Source: an uncultured Bacteroidales bacterium (GTDB lineage: Bacteria > Bacteroidota > Bacteroidia > Bacteroidales > CAIXZF01). From it: a stretch of 64,000 nt of DNA. The translations under genes and the position numbers were made by a program. The DNA lies in assembly GCA_964608665.1 (NCBI GenBank), contig CAZSQJ010000011.1, positions 2,744-66,743 on the forward strand. Direction: 5' to 3'. The notes below the pieces were generated by a model that was not told the origin of the DNA, did not search any database, and worked only from the letters and a program-made list of their open reading frames with translations. Positions 8,705-18,537 of the stretch are shown piece after piece (positions within the stretch are counted from its first letter, which is position 1; each line of letters begins with the position of its first letter).

Positions 8705-11086
8705 CTAAACTGCCTCAAACCTGACGGGCAGCGTCATCTTCACCCTTAACGGTTTTCCATGTTTCAATGCCGGTTTCCATTTCGGCATTCTTTTCACAAG
8801 TCTTATTGCCTCTTCATCGCATCCGGATCCCAGTCCCTTCTCCACCTTCACCTCACTGAGGCTGCCATCAGCATTCACATAGAAACTGACATAAACCACA
8901 CCTTCCAGCCCCTTCCACCTGGCAGCATCCGGGTATTTCAGGTTGATCCGGAAATATTCCTGCATGGCAGCCTGTCCGCCGGGAAATTCTGGACCATCCT
9001 CACATGTGAAAAGAAAAGAATCTGTTGCTGTTTGAGATTCTTCTTTTACTTCAGCCGTACGCACCTCTCTCTGCACTTGTGTATCCGGGCTTAGCTGCGG
9101 TGCACAATATTTCATATGATTTGTCCCCTGCACAGGAGATGCCGCAGTGCTCTGAACGATACCCATGCCACCACCCACTGCGTAATTACTGACGCCTTCA
9201 GGGAGGGGCAGGGGCTGGGTGACCGTGGTCAGTTGTCCTTCTTTGTTTCTCACCTCACTGTCGATGGCAACAAATGAAGTGAAGCGGGTGAGCAGGTTAT
9301 AACGCAAACCGGTCTCAGTGATCTGCTTAGCCACAGTTTGTTCATCCTGCTGACCCGAGGCAATGCCGTAATCGTCGAGGTAACGGATACGTTCCCTGGC
9401 CCAGAGATACCGCAGGGCAAGGTTATCCCGGCCCGAAGCATCGGCGAGCGGCAGATTTGAATGCCAGGGCCCTTCGCCGTTTGTCCCGTTCAGGGTAATG
9501 GCTGCATGATCCGTCATGTTCCGGTATTTTCCGAAAACCACCACCGGACGTTCGGAGAATACATCCGGGATGCTGAGGGGTTCCACATCATAAGGCTCAA
9601 AACCCTGGTAACTGAGTCTGATTCCCGTCAGCACGGGATGCTGCACATATTCCATAAAGGCGGCAGCCTTATCCTCAGCCTCTTCCCGGCGGGTCACCAC
9701 AAAAGCCTGTCCCATACCGGCATGGGCGATCCCCTCGATCAGGTAACGGTTCACTGCCGATCCGATGCCAAAGGCGAAGAAATTGGCCCTGTTGAGGTTG
9801 TTGCGGATCAGGTTGAAAGCTTCCTTTTCAACGCTGACGTACCCGTCGGTGGCAATCACGAAGGTACGCGACAGATTTTCAGTACCTTCCAGGGCGAGGG
9901 CTTTTTTGAGGGCCGGCAGTAATTCGGTTCCTCCCCCTCCCTGCTGTCTCCCGATGAAAGCCACTGCAGCGGAGATATTGGCGGAAGTAGCCTGCACGGA
10001 AGCAGGGGAATACAAAGCAGAACCACCGGCAAATAAGACTACATTGAAGCGATCTGACGCATTCAGGCTTTTCAGCAGTTTTTCCATCAGTTTTTTTGAA
10101 ATTTCGAGTGGAAAGCCGTGCATGGAACCACTGATATCGACGATGAACACATACTCGCGGGGCGGTACCTGCCGGGCATTCACTGCTGCGGGCGGATACA
10201 CGGCAGCAAGAAAGAAGTTTTCATCTTTCCCTTCGTACCGGAGGACACCGCTTTGCAGGCCGGCACCGCTCAGGCGGTACTGAAGGATGAAATCCCTGTT
10301 TCCTTCCCTGCCGGAAGCATCCTTCAGCCTGAGTTCCGCTTCTGTCCGGCTCTTATAATCCGCATCGATTTTATGGGAGGTACATTTCAGTCCGCTCAGT
10401 GGTACACCGGCATTGATCCTGCAATGGATGCCGAAACTGTAAAAAGGCGCCGTCCCTTCGGTTGTAAAGGGATTGGCAATCCACTGGTCATCGCGGCTGG
10501 CAAGCATTGCAGGCTGATTCGAATACCTGGGTCCCACCACCGTCGGAAACACAAACTCATACAGGCCTTTTTCGGGAATGATCATCTCGGTATAATCCAG
10601 TTCAACCCGGATCTCTTCACCGGGCATGATATTGGCCACATTCATCTGAAAAACATTCGGCCGTTGCTGCTCAAGCAGCGAAGCACCCTGTCCGGCCGAT
10701 TTTGCCTGTTCATATTCCCGGCGCGCTTTTTCCCTTTCCCTGATACCGGCCTCAATGATCCTTTCCCCTATCACCATCCGCATCCCGTGCACAGCCGCCC
10801 TCGTGGAAGCCGGAAAAACGTAAATCGCCTCGATTGCCTGTTTCCCTTCGTTCTTGTAGACCTGCTTCACTTTTACCGCCGCGATCAATCCCAGGATTTG
10901 CACCTCGGCATCCGTGGATTTCAACGGCATCTGCTCTGTCCCGGAATAATCCGACTGAATAAAAAAATAAGGCGACAATGTTTTATCACCCGCACCATCT
11001 GCCGGCTGCACCTTTCCCTGTCCGTATGCGGACATCAGGCTGCACACCAGCAATACCAACACATTCACTTTCAATTTTGTCTTCAT
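8705..11086 (-). CDS. Exported VIT + von Willebrand factor A domain protein with a C-terminal TonB_C domain
   Basis: Signal peptide MKTKLKVNVLVLLVCSLMSAYG, VIT (IEAIYVFP...AAVHGMRMVIGER), VWA MIDAS DISGS...GGT...TDG, LTRFTSFVAID, and C-terminal PEFPGG...LKYP.AAR..GLEGVVYVSFYV...LPVRFE. Confidence 0.85.
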   Translation of the reverse strand: MKTKLKVNVLVLLVCSLMSAYGQGKVQPADGAGDKTLSPYFFIQSDYSGTEQMPLKSTDAEVQILGLIAAVKVKQVYKNEGKQAIEAIYVFPASTRAAVHGMRMVIGERIIEAGIREREKARREYEQAKSAGQGASLLEQQRPNVFQMNVANIMPGEEIRVELDYTEMIIPEKGLYEFVFPTVVGPRYSNQPAMLASRDDQWIANPFTTEGTAPFYSFGIHCRINAGVPLSGLKCTSHKIDADYKSRTEAELRLKDASGREGNRDFILQYRLSGAGLQSGVLRYEGKDENFFLAAVYPPAAVNARQVPPREYVFIVDISGSMHGFPLEISKKLMEKLLKSLNASDRFNVVLFAGGSALYSPASVQATSANISAAVAFIGRQQGGGGTELLPALKKALALEGTENLSRTFVIATDGYVSVEKEAFNLIRNNLNRANFFAFGIGSAVNRYLIEGIAHAGMGQAFVVTRREEAEDKAAAFMEYVQHPVLTGIRLSYQGFEPYDVEPLSIPDVFSERPVVVFGKYRNMTDHAAITLNGTNGEGPWHSNLPLADASGRDNLALRYLWARERIRYLDDYGIASGQQDEQTVAKQITETGLRYNLLTRFTSFVAIDSEVRNKEGQLTTVTQPLPLPEGVSNYAVGGGMGIVQSTAASPVQGTNHMKYCAPQLSPDTQVQREVRTAEVKEESQTATDSFLFTCEDGPEFPGGQAAMQEYFRINLKYPDAARWKGLEGVVYVSFYVNADGSLSEVKVEKGLGSGCDEEAIRLVKRMPKWKPALKHGKPLRVKMTLPVRFEAV

Positions 11087-11295
11087 GGCATTAGATTTTT
11101 TGTGATTAGAATGATTTTCCGCCCCAAAAGGCTTAACATGAAGATGCGGGAAGCTGCTTTTTTCCATAAGGTGCCAGGGAAGGATTGCCGGTTGAATCAA
11201 GGTGCAAGGTTATGGATGTTTCCCTGCACTCTATGAATGCATGATGAATCTCAGGAATAAGGTTCTTTGTATTATCGACTGTAAAATATTAATTT

Positions 11296-11303
11296 TACCT
11301 TTG
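11296..11303 (+). promoter_or_regulatory. -7 promoter element (TACCTTTG) upstream of the mevalonate operon
   Basis: TAnnTTTG match in the AT-rich divergent intergenic region. Confidence 0.5.
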
Positions 11304-11407
11304 GACGAATTCAATATCATGCAATGAGATGATGTTTTGTTTATTAATTTTATATTTTCATTAAACATTATTCAAGCTGAGGCGTTATATCACATAAAAT
11401 ATGCAAA

Positions 11408-12406
11408 ATGGAAACCCGCAAGCATGATCACATTGAGCTGGCATTTTCCTCACGGACGGGAGGAGCACAAGCCGACAGCCGTTTTGATTACGAACCCATG
11501 GCGGGTGTGATTCCTGATCCGGCCTGGGAGCCGTTCAGTTTTCTTGGGAAAACCTTGCGACTTCCCATGTGGGTTTCGAGTATGACGGGAGGCACGGCAC
11601 TTGCAAGGACGATCAACACCAACCTGGCCAGGGCATGCAGGGAGTTCGGTATGGGAATGGGTCTCGGAAGTTGCAGGATATTGCTGCAAGACCGGTCTCA
11701 TCTGCAGGATTTCGATATGAGGGAGATCATCGGGGATGCGCTTCCGCTATACGCCAATATCGGCATTGCCCAACTTGAAGAAATGGCTGCACAGGGAACC
11801 TTTCAGTCGCTCACAGACCTGGTAGGAACCCTGAGGGCCGACGGTCTCATCATCCATGTGAATCCCATGCAGGAATTTTTACAGGAAGAAGGGGACCGGC
11901 TGCGGGTACCGCCACTGGAGACCATAGAAACATTTCTTGATGAGACAGACATAAAGGTGATAATCAAGGAAGTAGGGCAGGGTATGGGGCCGGACAGCAT
12001 CCTGAAAGTCATGCATTTGCCTATTGAAGCATTTGAATTCGGGGCTTTTGGCGGAACGAACTTCAGCAAACTGGAATTGCTCAGGGGTGATCCCGCAAAG
12101 TCGGATCTGTATGAAGCCATGGCCAATACGGGACACACGGCTGCATGGATGCTGAAAGAAGTGAACCGGCTGCATAATGAGGGGCATTATCTGCGTTGCC
12201 GGCAACTGATCATTTCAGGGGGGATCCGGTCTTTTCTCGACGGTTATTACCTGATCTCCAACAGCAAACTGCCGGCTGTCTTTGGTCAGGCCTCGAATTT
12301 CCTTAAATACGCCCGTAACGACTACAACGAACTCAGGCAATTTATTGAAGAACAGATCAGGGGATTGTCATTTGCCAGGGCTTTCCTGGTACCAAAAGCA
12401 TTGTGA
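11408..12406 (+). CDS. fni: Type 2 (FMN-dependent) isopentenyl-diphosphate isomerase
   Basis: RKHDHI, SSMTGG, MGLGS, ANIG, IHVNPMQE, IKEVGQG, GGTNF and SGGIR. Confidence 0.92.
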   Translation: METRKHDHIELAFSSRTGGAQADSRFDYEPMAGVIPDPAWEPFSFLGKTLRLPMWVSSMTGGTALARTINTNLARACREFGMGMGLGSCRILLQDRSHLQDFDMREIIGDALPLYANIGIAQLEEMAAQGTFQSLTDLVGTLRADGLIIHVNPMQEFLQEEGDRLRVPPLETIETFLDETDIKVIIKEVGQGMGPDSILKVMHLPIEAFEFGAFGGTNFSKLELLRGDPAKSDLYEAMANTGHTAAWMLKEVNRLHNEGHYLRCRQLIISGGIRSFLDGYYLISNSKLPAVFGQASNFLKYARNDYNELRQFIEEQIRGLSFARAFLVPKAL

Positions 12407-13710
12407 TGAAAGGGAACATTATCAAGGGGTTTTCCAGGCTCGATGAACAGGAAAAGCGCAGGATGGTTTCCGGGCTTTGCGTGCATCCGGAAGAGGCGGC
12501 CAGAACGATGGAACAGATGCTTTTCACGGATGAGAAGCTTCGTGAGAAGTTCATGGATCTCAGTGAGAACACCATCAGCAGTCATCATCTTCCATACGGT
12601 ATCGCCCCGAATTTTGTAATCAACGGCAACATCTTCCATGTGCCCATGGTGATCGAAGAGAGCTCGGTTATTGCTGCAGCGGCGAGTGCCGCACGTTTCT
12701 GGGCAGAGCGGGGCGGATTCCGCATCACCGACCTGAGTGCCACGAAAGTGGGCCATGTTTATTTCCGCTGGTTCGACAATCCTGCGCTGCTGAAGGAAAA
12801 ATGGACGGTGATCAGGCCACAGTTGTTACACAGGCTGAAGGACTTCACCGCCAACATGGAAAGGCGCGGCGGGGGTGTCAGCAAGCTGGAGCTAATCGAC
12901 GACACCGCCAGGATCGACATGTTGTTCAGGCTGAAAGCTTCCTTCGAAACCGTTGACTCCATGGGAGCCAACTTCATCAATACCTGCCTGGAAGAACTGG
13001 CCAGGGGACTGTCTGAGATGCTGAATGCGGATATGGATGCCGACAGGCAGCCCTGTCAGGTAGTGATGGCCATTCTGAGCAATTACACCGATGAATGTAC
13101 CGTAACAGTGGAGATCGGTTGTGAGAAGAAAGCCCTCAAGGGGATCACGGGAGGCCTCCCGGTGGATGAGTTCACTGACAAAGTGGCGCTTGCCTACGAG
13201 ATCGCATCAAAAGACGTTTACCGGGCCACCACACATAACAAAGGGATCATGAACGGCATCGACGCCGTGCTCATCGCCACCGGAAACGATTTCAGGGCAG
13301 CCGAAGCTGCTGCCCATGCCTATGCAGCCCGGACCGGCAGGTACCAGGCGCTCAGCTGGTGTACCACAGAAGACAATGCATTGTTTATCAGGCTCCGTCT
13401 TCCGCTTTCCGTGGGAACAGTGGGCGGAATCACCAACCTGCATCCACTTGCAAAACTGTCATTGGAGATTCTGGGTAACCCGAATGCCAATGAGTTGATG
13501 GGGATAGTCGCTTCGGTGGGACTGGCCAGCAATTTCGCGGCTGTTCAGAGTCTTGTGACCACAGGCATACAAAAAGGACATATGAAGCTGCACCTGACCA
13601 ATATCCTCAATATTCTGAATGCGAATCCGCAGCAAAGAACCGAAGCCCTTGCACACTTCGAGGGAAAGACAGTCAGTTTTGCCGCCGTGAAAACGTTTCT
13701 GAATGTCTGA
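12406..13710 (+). CDS. mvaA: Class II HMG-CoA reductase
   Basis: EN motif (SENTIS), PMVIEESSV, DSMGAN, THNKGIMNGIDAV, GTVGG and GIQKGHMKLH. Confidence 0.92.
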   Translation: MKGNIIKGFSRLDEQEKRRMVSGLCVHPEEAARTMEQMLFTDEKLREKFMDLSENTISSHHLPYGIAPNFVINGNIFHVPMVIEESSVIAAAASAARFWAERGGFRITDLSATKVGHVYFRWFDNPALLKEKWTVIRPQLLHRLKDFTANMERRGGGVSKLELIDDTARIDMLFRLKASFETVDSMGANFINTCLEELARGLSEMLNADMDADRQPCQVVMAILSNYTDECTVTVEIGCEKKALKGITGGLPVDEFTDKVALAYEIASKDVYRATTHNKGIMNGIDAVLIATGNDFRAAEAAAHAYAARTGRYQALSWCTTEDNALFIRLRLPLSVGTVGGITNLHPLAKLSLEILGNPNANELMGIVASVGLASNFAAVQSLVTTGIQKGHMKLHLTNILNILNANPQQRTEALAHFEGKTVSFAAVKTFLNV

Positions 13711-14620
13711 ATCCACAACATACCAGGCAAACGGCAAGCTGCTGATCAGCGGGGAGTACCTGGTGCTTCACGGGGCGCTTTCCTTTGCACTGCCGCTCAG
13801 GTTCGGGCAACAGATGCAAATCAGCACTGCCGCGGGACCGCTGATCCGCTGGACCAGCTCCGATCCTCACGGAACATGGTACCGGGCAGAATTCAGTCTT
13901 CCCGGTCCTGTAAAGGAGAACCTCAGCAGGGAAGACCGTTTCATCATGCGCCTGCTGGAAGCTGCCGGAGGGCTGAACCCGGATTTTGCAGCAAGGATTC
14001 AGGGCACGGAAGTGACCGTTGATGCCAATTATCCGGTGCAATGGGGACTTGGCAGCAGCTCCACCCTGATCTACCTGGTTGCCTGCTGGGCCGGCATCAA
14101 TCCGTTTCGCCTGTTCCATATGGTTTCAAGAGGTTCAGGCTATGATCTTGCCTGTGCCGGGAGATCCAATCCGCTGCTTTATTCGCGTAAGGGAGAAGCG
14201 ATCATGATCCGGGATATCGCAGCCGGAAGGGCCGTTCGCCAAAATGCCCTTTTCGCCTGGCTTGGGAACAAACAATCCTCCGATACAGAGGTTGACCGCT
14301 TTCTGGTGGAAGCCAGTCCCTCTCCCACCGACATTGCCCTGATGGATTTGCTCACACTGAAGATTGCCACCGCGGATAGGGCAGAGGAGTTGCAGGAACA
14401 TATGTTGCGGCATGAATCATTGCTTGCGCGTATCCTGCAACGTGAACCGCTCTCGGCCAGGCTCAGTGATTTTCCGGGAACTGTCAAATCGCTTGGTGCC
14501 TGGGGAGGAGATTTTGCCATGTTTGTCACAGATCAGCCAAAAGAAGCCGTGCTGCCCTGGTTCACAGAAAAAGGGATTTTTCCGGTATTCACTTTCGACG
14601 AAATCATTGCACAGAAATGA
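13703..14620 (+). CDS. GHMP kinase of the GYDIA-type family, probable phosphomevalonate kinase
   Basis: GKLLISGEYLVL, WGLGSSST, GSGYDLAC and KSLGAWGGDF; lies inside the mevalonate operon. Confidence 0.8.
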   Translation: MSESTTYQANGKLLISGEYLVLHGALSFALPLRFGQQMQISTAAGPLIRWTSSDPHGTWYRAEFSLPGPVKENLSREDRFIMRLLEAAGGLNPDFAARIQGTEVTVDANYPVQWGLGSSSTLIYLVACWAGINPFRLFHMVSRGSGYDLACAGRSNPLLYSRKGEAIMIRDIAAGRAVRQNALFAWLGNKQSSDTEVDRFLVEASPSPTDIALMDLLTLKIATADRAEELQEHMLRHESLLARILQREPLSARLSDFPGTVKSLGAWGGDFAMFVTDQPKEAVLPWFTEKGIFPVFTFDEIIAQK

Positions 14621-15714
14621 CGGCATCACCACTTCGCATATATCAAAGCAAAACAGGCTGGATGCATGATGCCGGGCCCCTGTCGGCGGCCTGGGAATCA
14701 CCTTCCAACATTGCTCTGATCAAATACTGGGGAAAAAAGCCGGGACAGATCCCGGCCAATGCATCCCTGAGCCTGACGCTTTCAAAAGCCAGGACTATCA
14801 CACGGATGACAGCCACTGCAGACATGCATCATCCCGGGATAAGGACGGTAAACGGGGAAGCGGAACATCCGTTCCGGCACAAACTGGATCAGCTGCTGGA
14901 AAAACTCGCCGGGGAAATCCCCCTGTTGAAGACCCTCAGCCTTGATATTGAAACAGAAAACAGCTTTCCCCACTCGGCAGGGATTGCCTCATCAGCTTCC
15001 GGCATCAGCGCCTTTATCCTTTGTCTGCTTGAAATTACGGGGGAATACCTTGGGCTCAGTCCTGAGCATGAGACCTTTTTCAGGGCTGCCTCCTATGCTT
15101 CCCGCATTGGATCGGGCAGTGCATGCAGATCGGTTTACGGCGGCCTTACTGTCTGGGGAAGGCATCCGGCCATCGAAGGGTCTTCGGATTTTTTCGCTAT
15201 CCCTGCCGGCGATGTGGCACATGCACGTGCAGAGGACTGGTGCGACACCATCCTGGTGGTTTCCTCCAGACCCAAGTCACTGGCCAGCAGCCTGGGACAT
15301 CACCTGATGACAGGACATCCCTTTGAGCAGGGTAGGTACCTTCAGGCTGGCCAAAACCTGGAAGCACTGCTTGAAGCCATGCAGCAAAATCAATTTGAAC
15401 GCATTGCCGCGATCACCGAGTGCGAGGCGCTCAGCCTGCACGGCCTGCTGATGACATCTCATGAACAGGGACTGTTGTTGCTGCCCGGAAGCATTGAGAT
15501 CGTGCACCGTATCCGCCAGGCAAGGAAAGAAGGATTACCCGTGTTTTTCACCATAGACGCGGGTCCAAACATTCATCTCCTTTATCCGGCAACGGCAAAG
15601 CAAGCAGTAGCAGGCTTCTGCCGTGACCGGCTTCTTGAATTCTGTGAAAACAATTACCATATTGATGACCACGGAGGTTCCGGTCCGCGCAGCCTCCGGC
15701 AAAAACCAGCCTAA
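14617..15714 (+). CDS. mvaD: Diphosphomevalonate decarboxylase
   Basis: PSNIALIKYWGK, NSFPHSAGIASSASG, RIGSGSACRS and FTIDAGPNIH. Confidence 0.93.
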   Translation: MTASPLRIYQSKTGWMHDAGPLSAAWESPSNIALIKYWGKKPGQIPANASLSLTLSKARTITRMTATADMHHPGIRTVNGEAEHPFRHKLDQLLEKLAGEIPLLKTLSLDIETENSFPHSAGIASSASGISAFILCLLEITGEYLGLSPEHETFFRAASYASRIGSGSACRSVYGGLTVWGRHPAIEGSSDFFAIPAGDVAHARAEDWCDTILVVSSRPKSLASSLGHHLMTGHPFEQGRYLQAGQNLEALLEAMQQNQFERIAAITECEALSLHGLLMTSHEQGLLLLPGSIEIVHRIRQARKEGLPVFFTIDAGPNIHLLYPATAKQAVAGFCRDRLLEFCENNYHIDDHGGSGPRSLRQKPA

Positions 15715-15716
15715 AT

Positions 15717-16676
15717 ATGCTAACACAGGAGCATTTCTACTCAAAACTCTTGCTCTTCGGAGAGTACTCCATTCTGTTCGGATCTTCGGCGCTGAGTATC
15801 CCTTACAGCCAGTTCCAGGCCGAATTGAGTTTTATCCGCGACGACAAATACACCGCCCTCGATAAAGCAAGGCACAGCAATTCCCTGATGAAGGAATTCC
15901 TGGCCTACCTTGGGAATGACTGGCCCGAAGCCGGGAACCACCTTGATCTTGCAAGGTTCCGCTACGACCTTGCCGAAGGTTTGTACCTTGAATCGACCAT
16001 TCCGCAGGGTTACGGACTGGGATCTTCCGGAGCGCTTTGTGCCGCAGTGTACCACAGGTACACCCTTCACAAAACAGGGGTTTCCATTCCGACTCCCGCC
16101 ATGATCAACGAATTGCGGAGCATTTTCGCAAAGATGGAGTCTTTTTTCCATGGCCGGAGTTCAGGCATCGATCCCCTGGCCATTTACCTGAAGTCGCCAC
16201 TGTATGTCAATCCTGACGGAAAGCCGGAGATCGTAGGTATTCCCAGAAACTGGAACGACAAGCCCAGCGGCATTTTCCTGATAGACACCGGGCATTCAGG
16301 AAAAACCAGCAGTTTTGTGCCGGATTATCTGAAACTCTTTGCCCCGGAGGGCAGGCTATCGGAAACGGGAGCACAACTGGTACATCTGAACAACCTTGCC
16401 ATCGAAAGCCTGCTGACTGCTGAAATGCAGACATTCTGGAAAACCCTATCCGCACTGTCGGCTTTCCAGTTCAGTCACATGCAGAGCGTGATCCCCCGCA
16501 GCATGGACAACTGCTGGCAGGAAGGCCTGGCTTCCGGGGATTACAGTATGAAGATCTGCGGATCGGGAGGCGGCGGGTTTCTCACGGGATTTGCCCCCGA
16601 TTACAACAAAGCCCGCATACACCTGAAATCCTCCGGAATCCGGACGATCCCGGTATTTTTGGCAGGCCAGGATTAA
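15717..16676 (+). CDS. mvk: Mevalonate kinase
   Basis: SKLLLFGEYS, IPQGYGLGSSGA, FHGRSSGIDP and KICGSGGGG. Confidence 0.88.
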   Translation: MLTQEHFYSKLLLFGEYSILFGSSALSIPYSQFQAELSFIRDDKYTALDKARHSNSLMKEFLAYLGNDWPEAGNHLDLARFRYDLAEGLYLESTIPQGYGLGSSGALCAAVYHRYTLHKTGVSIPTPAMINELRSIFAKMESFFHGRSSGIDPLAIYLKSPLYVNPDGKPEIVGIPRNWNDKPSGIFLIDTGHSGKTSSFVPDYLKLFAPEGRLSETGAQLVHLNNLAIESLLTAEMQTFWKTLSALSAFQFSHMQSVIPRSMDNCWQEGLASGDYSMKICGSGGGGFLTGFAPDYNKARIHLKSSGIRTIPVFLAGQD

Positions 16677-16696
16677 TAACACATACCCCCTTCAAT

Positions 16697-17770
16697 ATGC
16701 GGATCATTCCCTTCCTTATTCAGAGCTTGTTGCTGCTGGCAGGCACACTGGCCGGTGCCCAGGTCCCTCCGGGTTATTACGATCCCGCTGCAGGCCTCAC
16801 AGGGCAGGCCTTGCTGAATGCCCTTCATTCGATCATAGACGATCACACCCAGGTGTCTTACGGCAATTTATACACGCATTTCGCCGGTACCGACAGGAAA
16901 CCCGACAACAGCGTATGGGATATGTATTCCGACCTTCCTTCCGGGCTGCCTCCATACATATATTATTATAATTCGGGGGATGAGTGCGGCAATTACACTG
17001 CCGAAGGGGACTGTTACAACAGGGAGCACAGCTGGCCCAAAAGCTGGTTTGGAGGTGACATCTACCCCATGTACTCCGACCTTTTCCACCTGTATCCGAC
17101 GGACGGTTATGTAAACAACAAGCGTGGCAACCTGCCGTACGGAACGGTTTCAAATCCTGACTGGACATCGCTTAACGGAAGCAAGGTGGGCCCGTGCAAC
17201 GCTTCCGGCTATGGGGGTGATGTGTTTGAACCTATCAACGCCTATAAGGGAGACTTTGCCAGAACGTATTTTTATATGTCGGTGCGTTATTCCGGAGAAG
17301 ATGCTTCCTGGCCCGGAAGCGACATGACCCAGGGTGCCCAGCTCAAGGCATGGGCACTGAACCTGCTGATGCAGTGGCACGCCCAGGATCCCGTTTCGCA
17401 AAAGGAAACCGACAGAAACAATACCGTTTACCTTATCCAGCAAAACAGAAATCCGTTTATCGACAATCCGGCCTATGCAGACCTGATCTGGGGGCCTGCA
17501 GGCATTGCAACACATCTGGACGTTGCCAGTCTCAGGCTGTTTCCAAACCCGGTCACTTCCATGTGCCACATCGTGGTTCAATCTCACAATAATCAGGAAA
17601 TCCGCGGTTTAGATCTTACGGATGCCTGCGGTCGAATTCTTATTGCCTGTCATCAGGAAGGGAATATCCCACGGGAAATCTCCCTCGATAATCTTGAAAA
17701 CGGACTTTACCTCGTCAGGGTGACTTTAGATCACGGCCAGTACCTGTACGGAAAAATCGTGAAAGAATAA
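16697..17770 (+). CDS. Secreted endonuclease I family nuclease with a T9SS C-terminal sorting domain
   Basis: Signal peptide, NREHSWPKSW, SDLFHLYPTD, NNKRGNLPY, KGDFAR, RNPFIDNP, and CTD LFPNPV...GLYLVRV......KIVKE. Confidence 0.88.
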   Translation: MRIIPFLIQSLLLLAGTLAGAQVPPGYYDPAAGLTGQALLNALHSIIDDHTQVSYGNLYTHFAGTDRKPDNSVWDMYSDLPSGLPPYIYYYNSGDECGNYTAEGDCYNREHSWPKSWFGGDIYPMYSDLFHLYPTDGYVNNKRGNLPYGTVSNPDWTSLNGSKVGPCNASGYGGDVFEPINAYKGDFARTYFYMSVRYSGEDASWPGSDMTQGAQLKAWALNLLMQWHAQDPVSQKETDRNNTVYLIQQNRNPFIDNPAYADLIWGPAGIATHLDVASLRLFPNPVTSMCHIVVQSHNNQEIRGLDLTDACGRILIACHQEGNIPREISLDNLENGLYLVRVTLDHGQYLYGKIVKE

Positions 17771-17773
17771 CTT

Positions 17774-18439
17774 TCAGAACCGGAAAGCCAGTCCGGCCGT
17801 AATTCCAAGCACCGACACAGTGACTTCAGATCCCTTGTATGTATCTGAGAAAGATGGTTTTGTGGAGAAGTAATCCAGGTTCAGACCGAGATCCAGGCTG
17901 GCGGTGGCATGATAGCGCATGGATGCACCCACATCGAAACCGAATCCTGTGGTCTGGTCGCTCTTCACAAGCACGGTACTGTTGTTTTTCCCGGCATTGA
18001 TCTCAGGAGCGGCGACATAGGTCAAGCCTGCCACAGGCCTGAAATCAACCGTAATCTGGTCTCCGGCATCGAAACTCAGCAGGGGTCCTGCCATCAGGGC
18101 ACCGTACACCCAATAGGCGTCATTGTCGTCGGAACCGAGGAGTTCTGCATCAAATTTATTGGCTCCCACCGTCACCAGGGCTGCAAGACCGAAATTCGGC
18201 ATTAACTTATATCCGAAATTGGCAATGTTAATATGCAGTCCGGTTTTTGCTCCGCCGGTCTTGTCGCTGAGAATGTCATCCCCGCCATAGTCGCCCAGCG
18301 GCAGTGAAGGTCCCAGGCTGAAGGCGTAATAACCCTGCGTGTCAGATTTCTTTCCTTTTTTGCCTTTGTACCCGCGTTGGGCTGAAAGACTGTAGCCCAC
18401 CATCAATATTGCCAGTAATAAAAGACTTGCTCGTTTCAT
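17774..18439 (-). CDS. Outer-membrane beta-barrel protein (OmpA-like transmembrane / PorT-like)
   Basis: Signal peptide, alternating amphipathic strands, C-terminal GLAFRF. Confidence 0.7.
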   Translation of the reverse strand: MKRASLLLLAILMVGYSLSAQRGYKGKKGKKSDTQGYYAFSLGPSLPLGDYGGDDILSDKTGGAKTGLHINIANFGYKLMPNFGLAALVTVGANKFDAELLGSDDNDAYWVYGALMAGPLLSFDAGDQITVDFRPVAGLTYVAAPEINAGKNNSTVLVKSDQTTGFGFDVGASMRYHATASLDLGLNLDYFSTKPSFSDTYKGSEVTVSVLGITAGLAFRF

Positions 18440-18470
18440 AGAATATTGGTTTAGTAGTTAAAATGATTTG

Positions 18471-18478
18471 CAAAGATA
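18471..18478 (-). promoter_or_regulatory. -7 promoter element (TATCTTTG) of the beta-barrel gene
   Basis: caaagata on the plus strand, about 30 bp upstream of the start. Confidence 0.55.
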
Positions 18479-18537
18479 ACAGAATCCTTCAGCGAAGCTT
18501 CGCATTCAGCCGGGTCATTCTCAAAATTACCCGCAGC

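Noticed and set aside
10118-11236. Long antisense or alternate-frame ORFs (e.g. 10118-11236, 6124-6837, 57084-57872, 42579-43283, 862-1473)
   Set aside because: They lie opposite well-supported genes, show no recognisable motifs, and are the expected shadows of GC-rich codon usage.
18492-18503. 12-bp palindrome GCGAAGCTTCGC downstream of luxR
   Set aside because: No loop or U-tract and no second copy; probably chance or a weak terminator fragment.
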